Shown here: positions 13,101 to 25,100 of the stretch, in pieces | Position numbering within the stretch: the stretch's first letter is position 1 | How the letters are laid out: the number at the start of each line of letters is the position of its first letter | From: Tubulanus polymorphus | Taxonomy: Eukaryota > Animalia > Nemertea | Length of the DNA: 64,000 bases | Direction: 5' to 3' | Assembly (NCBI RefSeq): GCF_964204645.1 | Contig: NC_134030.1 | Coordinates: 3,762,778-3,826,777 of the forward strand | Notes under the pieces: generated by a model | Told to the model about the DNA's origin: nothing | The model's input: only the letters and a program-made list of their open reading frames with translations | The model's database searches: none | Program-made: the position numbers and the translations under genes

Positions 13101-16100
13101 GCAGCTGACTGGGGCAATGTGAGTGTCGTATATGATGAGAAAACTTAATGAATATACAACACGCGACAACCGGGCAAACCGACAAATCTAGGATTATCTT
13201 CTATACATGCGTATGGTAACTGTTACCGGAAGTAATCAGGATTTCACGAGATTCGACATCAAAATTAAAACTGCACCATAACCGCTCGCTGGGTATCTTT
13301 ATTACTGTTGTTGTTAATCCAATCGTGAATCTATAACAATAAACATTTAAGCCGCGTTCACACAACGTTATTAAGAATGTTTTCAATGAAGTCCGTTCTA
13401 CATAGCATTCGCACTAGAGATATGTTTGTTCTAAATTGGTCCATTCCATTTTTTAAACTTTTCAAAATTTTAAGGCGCCCCATTTCTCTGTGCGCGAATA
13501 GAAACTTTAGTCAATCACTGTGTTGTGTCAAACTGGACCAGTGACAATAGTTGATATCATATGCGTGAATGCACAGCATTGATTCGGTCCATTCTATATT
13601 GGTCCATTCCAAATAAGATTGTACATACTAGCGATAGTGGCTTCAGTCAAAACTGTAATAAACTCCGACTGCAGAACTCCAGTAATACACCAACAGTTCC
13701 AGTAATGCACTGACTGATCCAGTAACAGCTCCAATAATGCACTGACCAACTGCTCCAGTAATACGCCAACAGCTCCAGTAACACACAGACCCTCCAGTAA
13801 CTTTGGTTGATTCATTCACATTGCTTACATTCAATTCATGTTTATGTACTGTCCATAAGATGAATAAATAAACACATCCAATAATTCAAACTAAAGTATC
13901 GACTAACACCAACACTGTTCCATCAAACAAGCGTCGCTCCTAACACCTGTTAATTAATTTGTTATAACTTACGTCCATCTAATCGTATAATGAAACTTTT
14001 CATAAAAATTATGCAAATTATCCGGCGAGAATCAAACGAGTGTCCGACATGAAGAACCTGATTAAGTGAACTCGCGATGACTTCTTCACCGTGTCTAAAC
14101 ACGGCAGTTAGAAACTGAGCCTCGCGTTACCACCGGAGATAATGGTTGTGGGAACTAACGTATGCATAAGTCGCAAACAAACCGATAAATACCCAACGAT
14201 ATAGATAAATTAGTCGACCATTCACAAGGCAATTAATAATGCATCGAGTCTTAGTTTCTGAGTATTACACACTATATATATATATATGTACACTAGAGAT
14301 ACCACATAACATGAATGTCAACGAAATATTGCCCGCTAATTACTGTTTAAGATGGTCAAGAAATCATAACAATAAAGCTGTGTTCACACTGCATCATTTA
14401 GAATGTTCTGAATTCAGTCCGACATTTAACCTAACCTATTACTCCTTAAACCGCCTGCAACCTTTCTTCACATGGTACACAAAAATGGTTTCAGTGGGAT
14501 TCAAACCCATTAGTTTAGGATAAGCTAGACATCGAGGATGTCAAAATTCTTCCTATCTGAAATTCTCGAATATTTAGGAATTCTCGAGTATTTAGAATAT
14601 GAACATGACAGAACTGAGCACTCACTTATACCTTATCCAAGTAAGTCTAGATGATTTTTTTTTTTGGGGAGGGGAGTTGCAAGAGGTCAGAATTTTGGTG
14701 GCCCACCTGGTAAAATCTTATATCGTATAAACGCAGTGTGTTTATGACAGTGCGGACGAAGCTTAATACATGTGGTGGAAGTGGCAACAACATACTGAAA
14801 ATACTGTTTCGATTACTAGATGAAGAAAAGAGTGATATCTCTTCTTTAGCTATAAGATCACTTCCTCATTCTGTATCTATAACTGTTATTCGCAGATCTG
14901 TCATATAATCTGCCATGCAATTATAACAAACTTTCCAGCCGATATTCTTATATCACACGATTGCGCCCGACCTGACAAATTCTGTGTGTCATTCGCTACA
15001 CAGATAGGATGATAATAACAGCTCGATGCAATCCACAGTATATTCAATGAACTCACTGAGGAGAGAGGGAGAGAGTGAGGGATTAGCAATGTCATAATCT
15101 GGACTCAATGAATGAGGTTTCACGCAATATGCATAAACATGTAAGGTGATATTGTGGCCACCATTAGCAAATTGCTTCGGTGCCAAATTGCAAACCGACA
15201 TAACGGAACATAGGCTTTTTATTGAGAAATTCACTTAAAACTAGACACCAGTTAATTAAGAGATCAAAAAATCCTCCAAAATGCACCCACAATACTATAT
15301 TATTAATGACCTTACCTTTTCACCAGCAATTTGCATATTTGAATATAGACAAACTGTCAATACGCACACATCATAGACACCTAGACAGTGCTACATACGC
15401 GTGACTAATCTGATCTAAACACTAAATATATACAGCAGAACTGACCGTCTTCTTCACAATATAGAGCAAATGACCGGGCAATGTCCAAATAAGTTAAACA
15501 TATGGTGAACTTCCTATAGAACTTTCTATGCTGTAAAATGATCTACGTACTAGTCAGCACTAATTCAAAGTAATTCAAATGATGGGCTACAGGCTCTCTA
15601 CTAATCAAAACAAATTCCTTTATGACCCAACCGATTCGATTTCGGATAGTTTTGTGGTTCCCTATTTACCGCATATGCTATTTGGCCAAGTTTCTCATGA
15701 AAGGTAACATGGCTGATTACTACGAAGAACCATTTCATAGATCATAGATGTAAGGCTATAGCAGGCAATGCAAAATCTAAAATCAGAAAATTATCCTTAG
15801 GGTACAGACACAAGAACGGGACAAACAATTTCACAATAATCAGTGCATCCTGCCGTGAATGATGAACAAAGTTAAAAAAAAACAAAGAAAACTTTTCAAC
15901 AGCGAGGATGGCCTGAGTTTTTCAGTTTATCGATCTACCCATGTACCGGTACATACCTACACTTGTACCAGTGCATACAAAATCACAAGTGTTAGACAAG
16001 TACTACTACATATATAAGCATAAAGCAGCATATTGGCTCGGATCTACTTAAAATAAAACAATAACTCAATCAATTATTGATCATTGTCTAACTCAATTAA

Positions 16101-19100
16101 TCAATAGTGAAAGCAGTATTAAAGGGATATGCATAGATCTGAATTCCTTAAATCTTTTTCTTGATAAACGAATCATCTATGGCTGACTAAACCGATTGAT
16201 GAACTTATTTTTGCAGTAGTTTAGTTTGAAATAGTGTGAATGAATGAGGCAAATATTATGAAAACTATTAAGTCAGTAAGTGCATGTACTCGAATCCATG
16301 GGCCAGTTTCATAGACTAGAGATCATCGACACCTGACGATGATCTCTAGTGTGAGATCGAGACGTCATGTTCTTATATTTCAAATTGTTTCAATAAATAA
16401 ATTCTCGATTTTAGATTTCTTTTAATTTATAAATAGTGGGTTTTTATCTTATAGGCTTTAACTTAAACCCCTTTAGGCCAAGCTATCTGAATATGATCTT
16501 AATCCTAAGACTGGCCTTTATAGTAGTTGCAAGATTGGTTATAGATTAGACCGCTGTAAAATCTAAACCCTGTCCATCGAAATGGCCTCTGGATATTTAT
16601 TCTTGGGTCATCATCAGTTTTCTGCACTCTTTTTAGACTTAGCATTGTTTTTTGCATATCCCTTCATGAGTAATAATGAAAAAAAACCAAAAGCGCACTA
16701 AATGCATGATATAGATATGAAAAAAAGAACAAAATACAAAAATATATGCGGATTTAAGAAGAAAACATCGTATAAATATATGTATAGAAAATAACCTTTG
16801 TAGAGACATCAACCGGCTTATGAGGGGAGGCTGACGATGTGTCCAGTGTGTCGTGTTGGTGATGGTGTGTTGCTTCATCGCAAGAGGGCGCCTTGGTGAT
16901 ATTAGTCTGCAAATGAAGTGACCCATTGACGAAAAACCATTTAACTTACTGTGTTACATACATACATGTATTACGTACAGAAATACACATTTCGCCGGGC
17001 GTTTGCGGTGTTACGTGTTCCAGAGAGGTATACAGAAAAAGCTCAATGATTTAAACCCATAGATTCTGTCCGGTTAAATAGTTAAGTTTATATATTTAGA
17101 TAAAGTTATGTGAAGTTATATCAAACATCATTCAAAATATTGATATTCCGAAAGGAAGAACAGAGCATTCTTGACCATTATTCCGACATGCTCATACATG
17201 TTGAGGGCGGATCTAGGAAAATATCAAAGGGGTGTGCAGACACTAATTCTCACAGGAGGGTTTGGTATTCCTTGCCCAAAAAAATGTAAAATGATTAAAG
17301 CTTTTTAGAATTTTTAGGCTGACATTTTGTAGGACTCGGAAAAAGGGGGAGCGCGTGCCATGGACACTTCCTAGATCTACCCTTATGTACATAGACTTTC
17401 ACCGCTGACGAATTTTGTGCCAAGCGCAGAACCCAGCATACAAAACGCAGTCTCATAGGTAAATTACATATAAGTCCAACAAGCCCGACCAACCAATGTG
17501 GCTATAGTGAAAAGAATAGGTGGTTAGCTGTAGCAGTGAACTTACCAGGCTAGAATCTGTACCCGGCGATACTTGATTATCAGAGATCTTATCTTCACTC
17601 GATGGTGGAATGTAGTCATCGTCGCTCGAAGTCAGACCTAACTCTTCTCCGTAGCTGTAGTGAACCCACTGCCACAGTTCAGATGGAGACATCGGCTACA
17701 AACAATAACAACTATTTCTTTATTCGGTTTTCTATGAGTTAATGATATATTCATGACATTTAATTATATTTTGGCCCTTATCAACAAATCTTATGACCTG
17801 TAGTTAAAATGTTTGATACTCGGAGACACTTTTTTATTGGTTAGGTAAGTAAACAGGATTCTTACAGATCAGAAAATCAAAATTCCCAGATAACTGCCTG
17901 ACCCTACAAAAAATTTCCTGATCAAATAAGATATCCTCAGTAGGGTCTGTTCCTTATCAAAAGATTGCTTGTGCCACTTGTCACTAGCAAGAACAATAAG
18001 ACACCAAGTGTTTACATACAAGTTAACCCTTTCAGTGCTGGCTGGCGATAATAACTTCAAATTTTTTGAAAAATTCCACCCCAGTGCATTGAATAATATT
18101 GTATACCCCTAACGTAGCTGCGGTGTATAGGTAGTTACTAATATTTCAAAATGTTTGACAGGTGCTGCCATCTTTCACTAGTTATAAAAACTTATTACTA
18201 ATTACATCAATACACAGTGGTGCAGTGTACTGACTAAGTCCATCACCGATTTGCACCGCACTGCGGTGAAGGTGCACTGGAAGGGTTAAGTCAAAAGACA
18301 TTCAGCAAATCACAGCGTATCTAATTATTACCTGTTCTAACAGTGCGTTTTGCCACACTCTGAACAGCATCAAATACGTTTTGTCTCGAGCTCCGAACGA
18401 CGTGAAGAATAATTTCTCGTTGTTGTTTTTACAAATTTGTATCGCGTTTGGAATAACTCGCGCCGTTTTCTCTTTCGTCATCGACGTGATGTCTTTTAAA
18501 CGAATCGTAATCTACAACATAGAAATAAACGTTCTTTATAATCGTGCACATACTCGTCTCATCGCGCTAAATACCGAAACTTACCACAGTCTCCCATCGG
18601 AAGATGTTGGCATAAAAACAAAGCCAATTCTGCGTTATGTACAAACGACCGTGGACGAGAATATCTTTTTGTAAAGCGCAAGAATAATCTGAAATTGATT
18701 AATAACAAGCATTTAAATCTTGCAGGAATCCTATATAACTTAACCATCAAATGTGCTCATAGTTTGGTATTTCTTAGAGGAATATTTAGGATTCATAATA
18801 GATGTATATTCACTGGGATGATGGAGCTGGGGTGGCTGTGAAAGGGATAAAAATTTTGCGGATGATATTTTTCTGAAGGTTATTCCAAAACCTTTGCAAG
18901 GCCTGTTCCAATACCTATAAAATGCTGTGCAGGATAACTATGATCTTAAATAGCCCCAAAGTATTCGAAATGTTTCCATTTAGAAAAATACATATAGATA
19001 TAGAACTTGCTTCCATTGGCCCCGATTCAGGACACAGACAATAGCAGTAAAAGGACCTAAGGGGCTAACACATTTATATTTGATCACAGCAATGTTCTCC

Positions 19101-22100
19101 ACAAGGGCCAGATGTTTATATCCAACTCACTGAATATCAGCTGTCCATTAGAATATCTACTTTCCCTCTACATAGACGCAAGTTGATTTCCCTTTACGAT
19201 TACTACTTTCTAAAGTGGCACATAGCAGCAGATTGAAGCATAACTATCAATATCTTTGAAGCTTTGCTTCTTAATCGGCCACAATTCTTTCTATACGCTA
19301 AAGAATGAATTAAATGCGTTTACAGACATTGCTCGGTGAAGCTTACCCACGACCAGTCTTTCTTCATTCGGAATATCTTTGGAGATCTTCTTGAAATCTT
19401 CACATTTTGACTTGTACGTAGGACTGAGAACCTGAACAGCGCAAAAATTCAGTTAATCTAATACGCACGAATCCAACCATTAGTTCAGCTTAATGTATAT
19501 ACATTCACTGCGCAAATAGTGACGAAATACGGCAAATATAGTTAGTAATTTCTAATAGACACTTACATTATACCAGTAGGAAGATTTTCGTTTTTTGTCG
19601 TTACCGCTAACGTTTAGACGTTTCTCCGAGCCGACCGATTTAGAGAGCTCTCCGTTGGTCAGGTCAATCGACCGGTCACAGATGCTCAGATTACTACTAT
19701 CACAGCTATCGACTGAATCAGTTTTCAACCGACCGCCGCCTTTCACCGCGAGATGGGATCCTTCATCGTTCGAATCGAGGCCATTCGATGCCAAACTGAA
19801 ATTCAAACGAGAAATTCAAACTATATAATTGTTGTTTTTCAACAGTTTTTTCACAATCTTTGCGATTGTTCAAGACTAACAGCAGTTTTAAGCTGTTAAA
19901 AGAAGCAAAACCCACAAGAAACACATATGGCGTACACTTCTGTCCATTCAGGGTATTTGCTTGAAAAAGGTATCATGAAATATTCTGGGGTCATTTGTTA
20001 CCAGTGGATATTTGACAGTTCAAACTCCATAGTTATTATAGTATTGATTAGGACCAAATTCCACAGTTGTGAGGATATGATTGAAAATGAAATTCTCACT
20101 TAATGAACTCGAACTCACAACTTCGAGCAAGTGACCCCTGCCCAAAATGGTGGAACCATATACCCGTATGTTAGCTGTTATTCTGATAGTGTGTTTTCGC
20201 TTCTACTATAGTTCTACTCTGTTTGTCTTTACATACATAGCATCCAATATCAGGGAAGAATTACTCTTCATTTATCATACAGGGTAAAATATACCTGGGT
20301 TAAGGGGCACAATATAAAAGCATAGGCCACATCATATATGTGTATGAATATCTAGAGCATTGGGGTTAATATACAAGTGTTAGTAATATAAAAGATAAAG
20401 CCAAATATAGAAAAAAAAATATGTTAGATAATAGTAAAGGTAAGACACACAACAATTAGTCATAAAGACACTTAAAAACAACTTTGATTCGAATTAGGAA
20501 GAAAACAAAAATCAAGAATACGGAATGAATCTACAGCTTTCCATGATTTTTAATTCAGCGCTGAACATATGATTCATTCACTAAATTCATGATTACAAAA
20601 CATGAATTGACAATTCTTTTCGAATCGGGGTCTCATACCTATACTCCTCTCCAGAGCTGCAGATTTCATATAAGAATCATATCGAATTGATTAATAATTG
20701 ATCAATTAGTGTTTTTTAATTAATGGGTAGGGTTGGCTAGTGCATACTGTGAGATTAGTGTAAAACTGACACATACGTCATCTGAATTTTCAAGTCAGCT
20801 GTCACACATAAACCAAGCTATATAAACATACAGCAACATGCCCCTCAATAACATACAGAGAGATAGCAGTAGCCATTCGAAATTCTCCTTCATAGGACCA
20901 TCTCCCCTAAATCTTGAACTATACATATTTTAGTAAAAGCACAGCCCAGATAGAATAACTGATATTCAAAAATGGGAGACGTTCATTAAGCACCAACGCA
21001 TCACCCATGAACACAATTTCAAGCATAACTTACCCAAGGATACATTATAGGAGAGATGGCTGATTTCAGTACGTAAAATTGTACACTATGAATGTTTCTG
21101 ATGTATTGAAAAATTTTCCATTATCAAAACTGATAACAAAATTCATATGAAACAGAACCCGCTCGATTCGGATAATTTGGAATTGATGAAATCCATCCAG
21201 TTTAGAGAAATCTGGATTAAACATCACATTCTACATACATTTACATAAAGGTATACATATATCTGGATTAGATCAAAATCCAGATTACGCAGATCTGAAT
21301 AAGCCATTTCAGTGCTGACAAATTGATACCTGAAAGCGCTGGCAATAATTTGAAAATTCCAAAAAATTGCACCCAGTGTGTTGAACAACTTAGTGCGTCT
21401 ACACCACGGCGCGGTGTATTGTTAGTTACTAATATTTCACAATGTTTCGCTAGGTGTTACCATCATCCATTAGAGATTAATACTATTTACTAATAACATT
21501 GATGCCGTGTACTAGCGAAGTCAAGCACCGATTTATACACTGCACTGCCATGCAGACGCACTGAAAAGATTCTAACTGGGTTTGATATGAACATTTCGAA
21601 ACTGAATAATTGAGATCATTCATATCTGGACCGAACGAAGAAAGGTTAATGGGACCATACCACCAGTCAGGACGGATAGAGTATATCCCTGGCAAGCGAG
21701 GATACCAATGAGTCTTACCTATAAGTATCCGGAGCCTCTTTAGCTTTCACCGATTCAGTGGCCGCGTTATAACGGAATGTAAGATGAGCCGGTAAACTAG
21801 CGCGACGAGGAACTGAACCTTTCGCACCGGATCCCGATTTTACTGTTAATCGAGGAGATGAATTCAATTCACCGACTTCATCATCGACGACTTCTACATC
21901 AGTAGCTGCAACTTCCATTTTCAGATCAGCCAGGCTCCCTTCCTCAGTAATCACATCCGTTTTAGCCGTAGGAGTCGTCACCGTATCAGCATCGATAAAC
22001 GACTTCTCATTCTCGTATTCGCCGCTAGGTGGCGTGTTTCTCAATTCAGCGGGCGGTTTTTCGATGCTACGAAAAGCGCTTAGCGGCTCATCCTTATCCG

Positions 22101-25100
22101 ACGCAACGGGACTAGACCTACTGAAATCTTGTAATAACGGGGACTGCCGATGGGGAGCGTGTTTTACATTCACAGTACTAGACTGAATATTAATAGTTTT
22201 CGGGGATTCGAGACTGTTTTCAAATTCTGCGTGTTCCGTCGTCTTAATTGGTTCGAATGCAGATTCACCGGCTCGCGCTTCAGAAATTGTGGGCGACCCC
22301 TGGTGGACGATATGATCGTCGCCGTTGCTGCATTCATTACTGTTCGTCGAGGAGACAGAGTTGTTATCGCTGTTACGTCTAAATTTACTACGGATACTAG
22401 TCTGGAAACGTCTAGAAATCAACAGTGAATACAACATGAAAATACACAACGCAAAACAACGAAATAATAAACAACAATCAAGTGAAAAACAAACTTCAAT
22501 ATACATTGACTTTTTCACCATTGATAAAACAAAGAATCCGTGATATGATGATAATACAAAGAGAATCCCAAAAACGAAATAAATTAAGTTCCAAAATTAT
22601 TCCTTGAGGTAGTTGTTTATTCTATGTTTCCAGTATATTATAATAATCATTTTCAGGAATACCGAACTGTATTCCTGAAGATGACTATTAGAATATAGTG
22701 GAAACGTTGAATGGTTTAAAGAAAAGTAGAAAATTTGATTGAAAATATATCGTTATGATAAATGGATATTGAAGTCTATGTGTATTTAAAAAGTATAGAA
22801 CGAAGTGAACTTGAAAAAACAAATCTAAAATGACTAAAAGGTTCAAAATACGACACGGCCGACGATTAGGTTCAAAGTCCTCATGACTGTTATTGATATT
22901 GAAATAGGAATAAAGCAAATGTTACCCGAAAACGGCCATATCAAGTGCTGTCCAATTACTAAATCCAATATCTCAATAAAACTTAGCTGAAATGTTTTGA
23001 TCGAAAAGCAAAAAATTCTATGAAATAGCACCCGTCCCGCTGACAATAGTCTAATGCATGCAGAAATGTTCATATATAATCATGAAAACTAGATTCATTT
23101 CCTTTTTGTTATTAATTGGGTCAGACATACCAGGAACTTATTTCTACCCCTGGTACATGGAGTCTCGTGGGTTTCCCTAATACCGGGGCTGGAGAAATGT
23201 ACAATAGCCTTTTCAAATATCATGAATACCAGTCACTGGACGTGTTCATATGAGTCGTTTTGCGCCTCAATTCAAGACAAAATTTTCCCCCAGAGCAGAC
23301 CCTTTCTTAACTGAAAACCATAAATCGATAGTGTAAACTTACACTATATTAGTAACTGACTAGTGATAAATCTGTCTTCCAAGACTTATTCTTACTTACT
23401 GTACTAGTACTTGACTAGTGATAAAACTGTCTTTCCAAGACATATTCTTACTTACTGTACTAGTACTTGACTAGTGATAAAACTGTCTTTCCAAGACATA
23501 TTCTTACTTACTGTACTAGTACTTGACTAGTGATAAAACTGTCTTTCCAAGACATATTCTTACTTACTGTACTAGTACTTGACTAGTGATAAAACTGTCT
23601 TTCCAAGACATATTCTATTCCGCGTAGAAAATGTAACCCATGATGATTTTCCGGTACGAATTGAACACAATATCCTCTTGAATTACTGCTCGAAAAAATT
23701 ATCATTGAGATCATAATCTGATAGCAGACATTATCATCATCGTCATCATCATCATCACCGGTCTAATTTGTATGTATTCCTGTGTGATGTATATTGATTG
23801 TTCACTGTATGGAGTAACGATGGCACAGCTTGTGTATGAAGAATGACAACCAACTCTTTCAATCGTCAAATCCTGCACGTCAAGAGCCCAGTTATATTAT
23901 AAAATAGCTCAAATTTTTATCTCACATGATTGGACGTTCCGTTCTACATATCATATTCTATACAGGTACATAGATAGAAAATTGTGCTTAATAAACTTTG
24001 GACTTTCGAATTCGATAATAAACTCACCACAAATTCTCAAGTCAGGCCATTCGTAAATCACACCACTATTTTTGGGTGAACGATTAAATCAAATCGTTTT
24101 ATGAATTCAAAAGCCAGTCAGCAATACAGTGCTGTTAGATCTGTACGCAGGAGGCCATTATATTCATCAAAAATAATGGTGAACTTGAAAATAATTACCG
24201 GTACTAAGGTCTCATGGAAAAGAGGATTTATGACGATGCCCTGAAGGAGTAATTCAGTGATATTGCATTGAATACAGAAAATACAATAGACAACAGTTGA
24301 AAAATGATCTAGAAAGGTATTTATTGATTGGTGTAATGAAAAACTTTTAATAACTGATGCGCACTGATATAAGCAGTTCTACTACTTAATAAAATGTGAA
24401 ATAGGAAAAACTATCCCTTGCCTCATTGGCATTGTTAATGTCTTCGCAGTGAGAACAAAAAGGCTTTTCATATGATATAGGCCTAATAAGGGAATAAGGG
24501 ATGTTTGTAATAATCTGTGGTATATTTTTATAGGTGTATCCCATATCTTTATCATCCAACAAAAAAAAACTTTTGAAAAAGTATTTTGCCCAGGTCATCA
24601 AACTAGTCGATTTTGAACCTTTTTCGTCGGTAACATCTGTGAACATTTATTTCTACAATCGATCTGCGTGATAAGAAAAACATACACAGTGGTCTTCAAA
24701 ATAGGATCTATGTAGGTCTTAAACAAGCCTACATTGATTACATTGTATACAGATTGAATTCAAGCACACACCTGTGTAGGCTTTAAAATGAAATATATTC
24801 AATATTTCAATATAGATTACGATTCTATTCAAAATCATCTAATCTAAAGAGTAATGTTCAAAAACCTTGTTGAATTCTATTGTTTTCAACACAAATTTCA
24901 TTAAAAGAACTTTAAATGTTTTGTACCAAATACTTAAGGTTTTCAACACAAATAAATTTCATTAAAAGAACTTTCAATGTTTCGTAACCAAATACTAAAG
25001 GTTTTACTTTTTACTTTGTTATGAATTAAACAAGGTTTTCCCTATTTCATATAATAAATAATTATGAAAATTTTGCATCTACAGTCGCACAAGTTCTGAT

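Noticed and set aside
17202-17385. hAT-like MITE (agggcggatctagg ... cctagatctaccct)
   Set aside because: Short TIRs are visible but no 8 bp TSD could be confirmed; left unlisted.
17405-17435. CTGACGA...GAAAC hammerhead-like match
   Set aside because: Stem II register is wrong, and there is no stem I or NUH site.
23358-23617. CRISPR-like regular repeat
   Set aside because: Head-to-tail identical units with no unique spacers, in a eukaryotic intron, with no cas genes.
23640-23721. C/D-box snoRNA-like ATGATGA...CTGA
   Set aside because: Antisense to the host gene, with no terminal stem or recognisable rRNA guide.
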